From contig JAKAGM010000001.1 in assembly GCA_021815445.1 (NCBI GenBank), positions 235,527-299,526 of the forward strand: DNA of 64,000 bases. Reading direction: 5' to 3'. The position numbers were made by a program, and so were the translations under genes. Source of the stretch: a bacterium. Lineage in GTDB: Bacteria; Patescibacteriota; Patescibacteriia; UBA10025. Under the pieces are notes generated by a model. The model had not been told where the DNA came from. It did not search any database and saw only the letters and a list, made by a program, of their open reading frames with translations. Position 1 is the stretch's first letter. Each line of letters starts with the position of its first letter. Below, in pieces: positions 1-8,326 of the stretch.

Positions 1-264
1 TCCGAGTAGTCGCACCTGTTCACGGATAATAAGCTCGGCGAGGGAGGGGTCGAGATGATACGTACGGCAGAGACGCAAGGCCCGCTGAGAAGGCGTGATC
101 GAGCTAAGCCGTACAAGGCGATTTTCGGCGTAGGAAAGAATTTTAGATGTTACGGTTATAACTTCGCCCGTTCTCAGATGCGCTCGTCGAAAGATCCTCA
201 GTAATATCGCCAGAACGTCATCACCAGGTTTAATCTTTGGCGTTGATATCGCAGTAACCAGCAT
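1..264 (-). CDS. CofE-like (F420-0:L-glutamate ligase family) gamma-glutamyl ligase, N-terminal part, runs off window edge
   Basis: Hand translation from ATG at 264: MLVTAISTPKIKPGDDVLAILL...GEVITVTSKILSYAENRLV...LAELIIREQ, which matches the CofE N-terminal pattern (P.I.PGDD; V.V.SKI.S.AE.R.V). Not in the ORF track. Confidence 0.75.
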   Translation of the reverse strand, partial: MLVTAISTPKIKPGDDVLAILLRIFRRAHLRTGEVITVTSKILSYAENRLVRLSSITPSQRALRLCRTYHLDPSLAELIIREQVRLLG

Positions 265-267
265 GTG

Positions 268-1065
268 TCAATTGTTGATCGCGTAATTGACCGTCAGGTA
301 TCCGACGCCAAATGGCGCTTCGTAGGAAAGCACCTGCGCCCTTACCCTCATGCTGTTGAGAATTCCGAGGAGAATGACGATAGACCTTAAACCGCACTCG
401 CCGGCGGCTTCGATAAGTCCGCGATCCATTTTTAATATTTTTTCAGTTTTTCCCTCGAAGATGAATGACGTCAACTGAGCATCAAAGTCCTTCGCCTTCG
501 GATTGAACCCGGCCGGCGAGTTCTTGGTCAAACGATGAGAAAGATCGCCCGAAGCAATCACTGCAACCCTCCTGGTATCATTAAGTAACTCCCCTTGAAG
601 TTTTCTGCCGAAAGAAAAATGAGTTTCCAAGTCGAGAAGTGAAAAAGAAATTGGGATGAGCTTCGTTTTTTTTCTGTCGAGGTTCTCTGTTAAAAAATAC
701 AGAGGGACGCCGATGCCATGATCAAGACGCTCATGCGAAGTGAGTGCGACAGGTATTTTTGTCTCCAACCCCTCTTTCAAGTGATGGCTAAATCCGATGT
801 CCCCAGAAATAGTAAATTTTGTAAGAAGATCCCCAAACTCCTCAAAATCAATTGAGAACGCAGGAACCACATTAATTATAAACGAATTCTGGAGCATGGT
901 CCCGTGGGGGGAGATAACGACAATAGTATCCGGAGAGGAGGCATAGATATCTTCAGCAAGCTGGCCGTATGCATTCGCTGTTTTGGCAAGAAACTTCACA
1001 TTATCCCTTCCTATGCTGGGAATAAGGATCGGAGGGTGTGGTGTTATCGCCGCAAAAACAATCAT
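268..1065 (-). CDS. AmmeMemoRadiSam system protein B / MEMO-LigB-like dioxygenase-fold protein
   Basis: Motifs PHPP, ISPHG, LDHG, ASGDLSH, GECG, YEAPFGVGY. Confidence 0.85.
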   Translation of the reverse strand: MIVFAAITPHPPILIPSIGRDNVKFLAKTANAYGQLAEDIYASSPDTIVVISPHGTMLQNSFIINVVPAFSIDFEEFGDLLTKFTISGDIGFSHHLKEGLETKIPVALTSHERLDHGIGVPLYFLTENLDRKKTKLIPISFSLLDLETHFSFGRKLQGELLNDTRRVAVIASGDLSHRLTKNSPAGFNPKAKDFDAQLTSFIFEGKTEKILKMDRGLIEAAGECGLRSIVILLGILNSMRVRAQVLSYEAPFGVGYLTVNYAINN

Positions 1066-1072
1066 GGAGTTA

Positions 1073-2452
1073 TTATCCTGCCGTTATCGGGTCGCCCAAG
1101 GGGATGATATCAAGCGACTTTTGATTCGTCCAGATAACATTTTTCCATTTAAATCCGAGGATGGTAAAAGTATTCGATGTTGATATTGGACGCTTAGTGC
1201 CGTTAGATATGAAATAAATCTTTGGATTTCCTTTTGTCGCCACAAGTTCGCCCTCATTAAAGATGATCGGGTCTCCAGGAGCGTACTTTTGGATTGTCGC
1301 GTCATCAACGACAGTGAGAACGCGAGTGCTAAATCGGGACTTGAGTATTTCCTTTGAAACAATGGCGTGCCTGACGCCATTTTGGATAAATGAAATGGCG
1401 CCTGTCGCATTCGAACGGAACAAGATGCCTGCGGGGAAAGAACTTTGGAGTGAAATCGGTTCGGCATCGGCATAGCCGGCGAGGTCAGCGGCTGTTACGA
1501 CGATAATTTCTTCCGGATTAAAGCCCAGCTCCCTAAAAACATCGGGCGAGAGGATCCGGCGTTTCGTGTCCCCGTCGAGGAGGTAGGTATGCGATCCTGG
1601 AACGCGTACAAGCGCGTAATTGGGGAACTGGATTGGTGAACCTACGTCGTAAGCATCAATGACGTTTCTCGAAACCTGGATGACTTGGGATAATGAGTAC
1701 CGGGACAGGAATGAAGACTTACTTTTGAATAATCGCCGGTTGCCGTTCTCAATCTTCCATATCGCTCCCGACTCATCTTGCAGTATTGACCCGTCGGGAT
1801 ACTGAGGGATAAACCAGCGGTTCCACACTGTCCAGACCAGGTAGTTTCCGTGTACATGGGGGGTGTACGTGTACATAGCAGCTGTGGCATCGTTCAGGGG
1901 AGTCACAACATCACCTTCGCTTGTCGTCTTTGTTATACCCGGTCCCCACCCGGACAGCGTCATCCCATTGGATTCCAGTCCGGGAAGATATGTTTGGCGA
2001 ATCCTCCGCGCCGCCCAGTTGACTTGGTTAAAAAATCCTTTGTATGGCTGGATACTGGGGTCGTCGGTCGAGCAGGAATCGCAGACGGCGTATCCGGTTG
2101 CCCAATCAAGCTGGCGCGTCGTCGGTGAGGTCGAGGTAATCAAACTCTGCTCAACCTGCATGCGGGTAATCAAATACTTCGGGCTTATCTTCCAGTACTG
2201 TGCGGCGTCAAAAATGATGTCTGAAGCCCGTTTCGTAGTTCCGCCAAGAGCATTGGTTGTATATGTCGCCAAAGCGCTGTTTTGGGATTCCAGGAACTGC
2301 TGCACGCGTGATAAAGACATCGCGTCCTTATCCGTAAGGTCGTTATCGGATAGAATATAATTCTGATTGAATGCTGCCTGTGACAAAGCCGGAAAAAGCA
2401 CGATGGATATCGTGCAGAGGGCTATAAGCTTTTTCAGAATGCGCAAACTCAT
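1073..2452 (-). CDS. Secreted surface protein: N-terminal 'hemagglutinin'/lysozyme-like domain plus four ~60-aa C-terminal repeats
   Basis: Signal peptide (..ALSQA|A); EQSLIT, ATGYAVCD, GFFNQV, NDATAAMYTYTPH; four repeats of the type G.L....IY.I.NG.KR.......F..V......GDPI. Confidence 0.7.
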   Translation of the reverse strand: MSLRILKKLIALCTISIVLFPALSQAAFNQNYILSDNDLTDKDAMSLSRVQQFLESQNSALATYTTNALGGTTKRASDIIFDAAQYWKISPKYLITRMQVEQSLITSTSPTTRQLDWATGYAVCDSCSTDDPSIQPYKGFFNQVNWAARRIRQTYLPGLESNGMTLSGWGPGITKTTSEGDVVTPLNDATAAMYTYTPHVHGNYLVWTVWNRWFIPQYPDGSILQDESGAIWKIENGNRRLFKSKSSFLSRYSLSQVIQVSRNVIDAYDVGSPIQFPNYALVRVPGSHTYLLDGDTKRRILSPDVFRELGFNPEEIIVVTAADLAGYADAEPISLQSSFPAGILFRSNATGAISFIQNGVRHAIVSKEILKSRFSTRVLTVVDDATIQKYAPGDPIIFNEGELVATKGNPKIYFISNGTKRPISTSNTFTILGFKWKNVIWTNQKSLDIIPLGDPITAG

Positions 2453-2468
2453 GTAATTTAGTCTTCAC

Positions 2469-2497
2469 AGCATACCACGGCGCCCTGTTTTTGTCTA
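2469..2497 (-). promoter_or_regulatory. Sigma70-like promoter for the leftward operon
   Basis: Minus strand TAGACA-17 nt-TATGCT with TG upstream of the -10. Confidence 0.55.
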
Positions 2498-2633
2498 GGA
2501 GATGAATTTCTCGTGAACTTTTGGTATACTGACACCCGTGAGTAACAATGTCTTTATTATCTTTTAAGCGATCGAACCAATACCTAAAAAAAGTTAAGCG
2601 CCGCGAGGTGTCCATTCATGAGCGCCCGTAAGC

Positions 2634-3398
2634 ATGCAAACTATGAAAAGCGTTGATATTCTCGGTGTTCGGGTCCATTCATTATCGTCTGCGGACAAAG
2701 CTTTTGTTTTACATAGTCTTTTGGTAAAAAAACAAAGTCATGTAGTGGTAACAGTTAATCCGGAGATTGTCATGTGGGCCCAGAAAGACCGGGGGTATAG
2801 AGACATGATTAATGCGGCTGATCTTTCCATTGCAGACGGTGTTGGCCTCACATTTGCATCGCGGCATGCAGGTCAGCGGCTTCACCGCTGGACAGGGTAT
2901 GATTTTGTCCTTGACTTGATGGGCACCGCAGCAAAGGAAAACAGGTCGGTTTTTCTACTGGGGGGAAAGCCATTGGCTGCCCATAAATCGGCGCTCACAC
3001 TCAGGAAGCTTTATCCGACACTCCGCATCGCAGGGGCTGAGCAGGGGCCGCCAATTGGAATGTCAGGGCGGGAAATACGCGTTGATGAATCGGATCAAAA
3101 GTATCTCATCGAGCACCTCAGGCTCCTCGAGCCCGATATTCTCCTTGTGGCTTTCGGCCATCCCAAACAGGAAAAATGGATTGCGCGATCCCTCCATTTA
3201 TTGCCATCAGTCCGCGTCGCCGTCGGTGTCGGCGGAGTGTTTGAATACCTTTCGGGCAGTGTGTACAGAGCACCGTGGGCAATGCGGGTCCTTGGGCTCG
3301 AATGGCTTTTTCGAGTAGTGCGCCAGCCATGGAGACTGCCGCGGATTATCACCGCCGTCGTGCGATTTACTTTGGCCATTTGGAGGGAGAAAAAATGA
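2634..3398 (+). CDS. WecB/TagA/CpsF family glycosyltransferase
   Basis: VTVNPE, ADGVG, GHPKQE, GVGGVF, GLEWLFR motifs. Confidence 0.93.
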   Translation: MQTMKSVDILGVRVHSLSSADKAFVLHSLLVKKQSHVVVTVNPEIVMWAQKDRGYRDMINAADLSIADGVGLTFASRHAGQRLHRWTGYDFVLDLMGTAAKENRSVFLLGGKPLAAHKSALTLRKLYPTLRIAGAEQGPPIGMSGREIRVDESDQKYLIEHLRLLEPDILLVAFGHPKQEKWIARSLHLLPSVRVAVGVGGVFEYLSGSVYRAPWAMRVLGLEWLFRVVRQPWRLPRIITAVVRFTLAIWREKK

Positions 3399-4102
3399 AG
3401 TACAAGTATTTTGATGTCATCCTCGGTCTTTTTGTTGCCGTCGTGCTTATTTCGAATGTTGCGTCGGCTAAAATTGTCTCGATTGGACCGTTAACATTCG
3501 ATGGAGGGACAATTCTTTTTCCAGTCGCGTATATATTCGGAGATATCCTTACGGAAGTGTATGGTTACGCCGCATCGCGGAGGGTCATTTGGACCGGTTT
3601 TGTGAGCGCACTGCTCATGTCGCTGGTTTTTATTATTGTAGGGAAATTGCCGGCTGCCTCGGGCTGGGCGAATCAGGAGGCATATGACACAATCCTCGGT
3701 CTTACACCGCGGTTGGTTGTCGCGTCGCTTATTGCCTACTTTTCAGGTGAGTTTTCCAATTCATATACACTCGCAAAAATGAAAGTTGCAACAAAAGGGC
3801 GTTGGCTGTGGACACGTACTATCGGCTCCACCATTATCGGGGAGGGGGTAGACTCGTCACTTTTTGTCGTTATAGCCTTCGCCGGCGTCTTACCTTGGCC
3901 GCTGGTCTGGTCGGTGATTGTTTCAAATTACCTATTCAAGGTCGGATTTGAAGCAATCGCGACTCCGTTGACGTACATGATTGTAGGCCGCCTCAAAAAT
4001 CGTGAAAGTATCGATTTCTACGATTACCGCACGCGCTTTAACCCATTCCATCTCCGCCAGGATAGTTCAATGCAGAGAAGCCACACTGAGATCGTTAGCT
4101 AG
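3395..4102 (+). CDS. Queuosine precursor (preQ0/preQ1) transporter, YhhQ/VUT family
   Basis: SNV.SAK, FP..YIFGDILTEVYG, RTIGST.IGE.VDS; multiple TM segments; ATG at 3395 overlaps the upstream stop (ATGA). Confidence 0.9.
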   Translation: MKYKYFDVILGLFVAVVLISNVASAKIVSIGPLTFDGGTILFPVAYIFGDILTEVYGYAASRRVIWTGFVSALLMSLVFIIVGKLPAASGWANQEAYDTILGLTPRLVVASLIAYFSGEFSNSYTLAKMKVATKGRWLWTRTIGSTIIGEGVDSSLFVVIAFAGVLPWPLVWSVIVSNYLFKVGFEAIATPLTYMIVGRLKNRESIDFYDYRTRFNPFHLRQDSSMQRSHTEIVS

Positions 4103-4195
4103 CGGCATTGACGAACAAAGGTGCTGCGATGACTTATGAGTGATTCAGCGTGACCTGCCAGGCGGAAGCGGTGTATACTTAACCCATACGTTTTT

Positions 4196-5905
4196 ATGTT
4201 AACGCTCATGACAAAAAGAGTATCTTTTCTTCTCTGCCTCCTTTTTTTACTTCCTTTTGCAGTCCACAGCCAGGGAAGCGATACTTCAATCGAGAAGGTA
4301 GACGCCTTTAATGCACAAGTGACGCTGAGTGCCCAAGGCAGCATGACGGTGGTTGAGACGATTCAGTATGATTTCGGTACGAATGACCGTCACGGTATTT
4401 TTCGTTATTTACCCTACAAGTATACTAGGAACGGGTATGCTTACAATTTAAGGTACACAGTAAATTCCGTCACTGACGAGAATGGTGTGGCGTACGAGTA
4501 TACAGAAAAGAAATCTAATGGGAATGTTGTTTTAACTATAGGCGATCCCAACAGTCTCGTCTTTGGCAAAAAGACATATGTGTTGCGATATACGGTCGAT
4601 AGGGCTGTAAATTTCTTCAGCGACCATGATGAACTGTACTGGAACGCTACAGGAAACGGGTGGCAAGTCCCCATCGATCGTGTGTCAGTAAAGGTAATCT
4701 TCCCGTCAACAGAAAGGTCAACAATCAAGCACGTTTGTTACACGGGCGCTTTAGGGTCTGTAGCAAGTAACTGTATCGCAACAGTGGTGTCGGATCAGGA
4801 AATTTCTGTGGAATCACAGTCAGCTCTGGGATATGGGGAAGGCCTGAGTTTTGTCCTAGGTTTGCCTCCGGGGACAATAGCCCGCCCCTCGACTTTTCAG
4901 AACGCCCGGCTGTTTTTAATTGATAATTGGGTCTTTGCTCTACCAATCGTCGCGTTTATTTTTCTTCACATTCTCTGGCTCAAGAAAGGGCGCGATCCTA
5001 AGGTGCCCGGCACAATTGTTCCCCAGTACGAACCGCCGGATAACATGCCCCCTGCGGTTATGGGTACATTATGGGATGAAAAAGCTGATACAAGGGATGT
5101 ATCTGCCGAGATCATCTATCTCGCTACCCGCGGCTATATCAAAATAAAGGATATCGGTGACAAAGATTACCAGCTAACCCTCCTTAACAATGACACGTCA
5201 GGACTCGATTCTATTGATAGAGGGCTCATTGAAGCAATGTTTTCATCGGAAGGCGGGGTTGTAAAACTTTCTAGTCTGAAAAATAAATTCTATACCGATT
5301 TAGCCGTGATTCAAAAAAAGATATATGACACCCTCGTGACAAGCGGGTATTACGCGCAGAATCCGCATACTGTGCGTGCCAAATACATCGGAGTGGGCAT
5401 CGTACTGGCGGCAATTCTTTTTTCGCTCGGCGGCGGATTCGGCTCAATCGCGTGGATAGCCGGGGTACTAACCGCCATACTCATCATCGTTTATGGCTTA
5501 ATTATGCCAAAAAAAACGCTGCACGGCGCTCAGGTGAAAGAGAATATCCAAGGGTTCAAATGGTTTTTGTCGGTAACCGAGGAAGAACGAATTAAATTCC
5601 ATAACGCACCGGAAAAGAAACCTGAACAATTTGAAAAATTTCTCCCATATGCGATGGTTTTAGGTGTTGAAAAGCAATGGGCAGGCCAGTTTGCGGATCT
5701 CTACCGCCAGCCGCCCGGCTGGTATGAAGGAAATTTTTCTACATTTTCAGCACTTGTTTTTGTGTCTGCTCTATCTAATATGAATACGAATATGACATCA
5801 ACGCTTTCATCGCGCCCGTCGAGTGCTGGCGGAGGAAGCTCGGGATTCGGCGGCGGAGGATTTTCCGGCGGAGGTTTCGGCGGCGGCGGAGGGGGAAGCT
5901 GGTAA
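4196..5905 (+). CDS. DUF2207 family membrane protein
   Basis: Signal peptide, ELYWNATG, YEPP, LPYAMVLGV.K.W, Gly-rich C-terminus GGGFSGGGFGGGGGGSW. Confidence 0.9.
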   Translation: MLTLMTKRVSFLLCLLFLLPFAVHSQGSDTSIEKVDAFNAQVTLSAQGSMTVVETIQYDFGTNDRHGIFRYLPYKYTRNGYAYNLRYTVNSVTDENGVAYEYTEKKSNGNVVLTIGDPNSLVFGKKTYVLRYTVDRAVNFFSDHDELYWNATGNGWQVPIDRVSVKVIFPSTERSTIKHVCYTGALGSVASNCIATVVSDQEISVESQSALGYGEGLSFVLGLPPGTIARPSTFQNARLFLIDNWVFALPIVAFIFLHILWLKKGRDPKVPGTIVPQYEPPDNMPPAVMGTLWDEKADTRDVSAEIIYLATRGYIKIKDIGDKDYQLTLLNNDTSGLDSIDRGLIEAMFSSEGGVVKLSSLKNKFYTDLAVIQKKIYDTLVTSGYYAQNPHTVRAKYIGVGIVLAAILFSLGGGFGSIAWIAGVLTAILIIVYGLIMPKKTLHGAQVKENIQGFKWFLSVTEEERIKFHNAPEKKPEQFEKFLPYAMVLGVEKQWAGQFADLYRQPPGWYEGNFSTFSALVFVSALSNMNTNMTSTLSSRPSSAGGGSSGFGGGGFSGGGFGGGGGGSW

Positions 5906-5918
5906 TGCAAGAAATCGC

Positions 5919-7148
5919 ATGAAGGTATACTCCGTTTCAGAATTTGTTACCAGTATCCAGCGGTATCTCGAAGATGGTCTCGGCGAAGTGGCCGTACAGG
6001 GCGAGATCGCAGACTTCAGGAAGGCCCAGGACCGTCTTATTTTTTTCGAACTTAAGGATAAAATCTCCCGCGTTTCTTGTTTTATGATGGCATGGGAACT
6101 CAAGACGATCCTTGAAGAGGGGATGGAGATCAGGGTCTACGGCAAACCATCACTTTTCAAAACTTCAGGAAGATTCCATGTCAGGGTGAGGGAAATAGAG
6201 CTTGTCGGAGCGGGAGCGCTGCATAAGTCACTGATGGTATTAAAGGAAAAGTTGGATAAAGAAGGACTTTTTTCGGAGGAGCGCAAGCGCCCGCTTCCGC
6301 GTTTTCCGGAAAAAGTGGGCCTGATTACCTCGCCTGATGCAGCAGCATATTCGGATGTCCTTCGGGTGATGAAAAACAGATGGTCAGGCGTCACGGTACG
6401 CTTCGTAGCTTGCGGCGTCCAAGGCGTTGGGTCAATATCTCAGCTGGTGTCGGCATTTAAATATTTCAATTCTGAGGAGCATGTTGACGTCATTATCTTG
6501 ACTCGTGGCGGCGGTTCGCTCGAGGACCTGCAAGCATTTAATTCAGAGGATGTCGCCCGGGCCATCTTTTCTTCACGAAGCCCCGTAGTAACTGGGGTTG
6601 GGCATGAGCGTGATTGGACGGTTGCTGATCTTGTGGCGGATCATCGGGCATCCACGCCTTCAAACGCTGCCGAGGTAGTCGTTCCTGAACGAAGAGAGAT
6701 TCTTTTTCAGATTGAACGTATGGCTCTCGATGTTGAAAAGAATTTTTTTGACCAGCTTGCTTCGCGCAGAGATGTAATCAATGAAGCTATGACGAGCATA
6801 GAACAGTACTTCCAACATCAGGCACTGCGTACAAGGGAGGCCTCGCTGCGGTTCGCTCATGCGTTCAGACAATACGAGTACGCCGTATCGACGAAACGCG
6901 ATTCTCTTGCTATGCTTACCATGCAGCTGTCGGACCGCATAAGGTTCAGTGTTCAGCGTTATTCAGCGCTACTCGCGCATCAGTATAAACTTCTTTCGTC
7001 GCTTTCACCGCAGGCGACTCTTAATCGGGGGTATAGTGTTACTTACAAGAACACTTCGGTAGTGAAGAGATCCGAGGACGTCCGGGCGGGAGACAGCCTT
7101 ACAACACGTCTTGCATCGGGAAAAATACATTCACGTGTACTACCATGA
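5919..7148 (+). CDS. xseA: Exodeoxyribonuclease VII large subunit
   Basis: YSVSE start, GEI..F, GLITS..AAA..D, RGGGSLEDL..FN.E, GVGHE.D, ASTPS.AAE, LSP..TL.RGY; start moved to ATG 5919. Confidence 0.97.
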   Translation: MKVYSVSEFVTSIQRYLEDGLGEVAVQGEIADFRKAQDRLIFFELKDKISRVSCFMMAWELKTILEEGMEIRVYGKPSLFKTSGRFHVRVREIELVGAGALHKSLMVLKEKLDKEGLFSEERKRPLPRFPEKVGLITSPDAAAYSDVLRVMKNRWSGVTVRFVACGVQGVGSISQLVSAFKYFNSEEHVDVIILTRGGGSLEDLQAFNSEDVARAIFSSRSPVVTGVGHERDWTVADLVADHRASTPSNAAEVVVPERREILFQIERMALDVEKNFFDQLASRRDVINEAMTSIEQYFQHQALRTREASLRFAHAFRQYEYAVSTKRDSLAMLTMQLSDRIRFSVQRYSALLAHQYKLLSSLSPQATLNRGYSVTYKNTSVVKRSEDVRAGDSLTTRLASGKIHSRVLP

Positions 7149-7161
7149 TTTACGATAGCGT

Positions 7162-7386
7162 ATGAAAAAAGAGCAATCATCGTTCAATTTCGCAAAAGCA
7201 TTTGAAGAGCTTGAAAAAATTACACGTGAGTTCGAGTCAGAAACTCTTGATATCGATGAGGGATTAAAGAAATTCGAACGCGGGCTCGAACTAGCTCGAA
7301 AATTAAAATCAAAACTGCAAGATATTGAAAATAAAGTCGAAAAAATAAAAAAGAAGTTCGATGCAGAGGATAGTAGCGGGAAGTAA
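7162..7386 (+). CDS. xseB: Exodeoxyribonuclease VII small subunit
   Basis: F..A..ELE.I...E...L..D.....FERG..L pattern; directly follows xseA. Confidence 0.93.
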   Translation: MKKEQSSFNFAKAFEELEKITREFESETLDIDEGLKKFERGLELARKLKSKLQDIENKVEKIKKKFDAEDSSGK

Positions 7387-7417
7387 AATACCTTATCATA
7401 GTTTTATCTAGAAATTT

Positions 7418-7672
7418 ATGGACGGCACCCCCACATTACTCGGAGAGATTTTTGCCAGCGTTCAACATCGGATGAAAGAGGACAATCTCGCATCATACGA
7501 AGAATACATGGAGCTTGTTGACGGGGTCATTATCGAATTCGTCGATGCGGGGAAAATGACGGAAGACGAGGATACCCCCGCCTTGCGCGAGGGACTGGAG
7601 AAAATGTATTGGCAGCAGGAGTCTGAACGAGGGGAGGAAGACTCGGAGATCAAAGACAACCACCATGAGTAA
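7418..7672 (+). CDS. Small highly acidic hypothetical protein (84 aa)
   Basis: Fills the gap after xseB, 24 D/E vs 7 K/R, overlaps the start of the translin gene by 8 nt. Confidence 0.75.
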   Translation: MDGTPTLLGEIFASVQHRMKEDNLASYEEYMELVDGVIIEFVDAGKMTEDEDTPALREGLEKMYWQQESERGEEDSEIKDNHHE

Positions 7673-8231
7673 GCATATATTGCGAAAACTTCAGCAATCA
7701 TACGCTGAACTCCAGACGGCTCGCCAGGAGGCGTATGTATTTTCTCAGGAGGCGCTTCGGCTTTCTAAACAGGCGATATTTTATCTGCACGAAAACAAAC
7801 ATAAAGAGGCCAGCCATGCTCTGCGGGATGCGGAAAAGAGACTGAAAAAGTTACAGAAAATTTGGCGCACGTTTGACAGAATCCGGTATGAAGGCAGTAC
7901 GCACGCGGCGCTCGAAGAGTATGCGGAGGCAAAGACCTACTATGTATTCGTTGAAAAAGGGCGAATCAACGAAGTGAAAGATTTCGAAGTATCCGACGAA
8001 GAATATATCGGCGGACTAGCCGATGTGACCGGCGAACTAGTCCGTCGTGTCGTCATGCTGGCCACCAATCACGATGGAGCGGGAGTGGATTTTATTCATG
8101 GTACCGTTGAAACTATCGTTGAGCATCTTCTCGGATTCCATCTCACAGGGCATTTGCGGCAGAAGTTTGACGATGCAAAACGCAATCTGCACAAGATAGA
8201 AGATATCAGATACCAGCTCAAGCGACAATAG
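7665..8231 (+). CDS. Translin/TRAX (C3PO) family protein
   Basis: SK.AIF.LH, EEYAEA, YIGGLADVTGELVR, LRQKFD signature motifs. Confidence 0.88.
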   Translation: MSKHILRKLQQSYAELQTARQEAYVFSQEALRLSKQAIFYLHENKHKEASHALRDAEKRLKKLQKIWRTFDRIRYEGSTHAALEEYAEAKTYYVFVEKGRINEVKDFEVSDEEYIGGLADVTGELVRRVVMLATNHDGAGVDFIHGTVETIVEHLLGFHLTGHLRQKFDDAKRNLHKIEDIRYQLKRQ

Positions 8232-8255
8232 GGTTTTAATTATTGGCAATCGATA

Positions 8256-8285
8256 CCCCGGAGTACCGGGGGGCTTTATTTTATT
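8256..8285 (+). terminator. Intrinsic terminator after the translin gene
   Basis: CCCCGG-agta-CCGGGG hairpin followed by a T-rich tract. Confidence 0.6.
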
Positions 8286-8326
8286 ACTCACCTATGGTAT
8301 ACTACGTGTGAAACCCAACGCAAAAA

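Noticed and set aside
3275-3394. Extended start of the queuosine-precursor transporter
   Set aside because: It overlaps the TagA-like gene; the ATGA-coupled start at 3395 is more plausible
5826-5900. GGC/GGA-rich repeat tract
   Set aside because: It encodes the Gly-rich C-terminus typical of DUF2207 proteins and is not a CRISPR array or VNTR
5823-5918. N-terminal extension of xseA in the ORF track
   Set aside because: It overlaps the DUF2207 end; homology starts at ATG 5919
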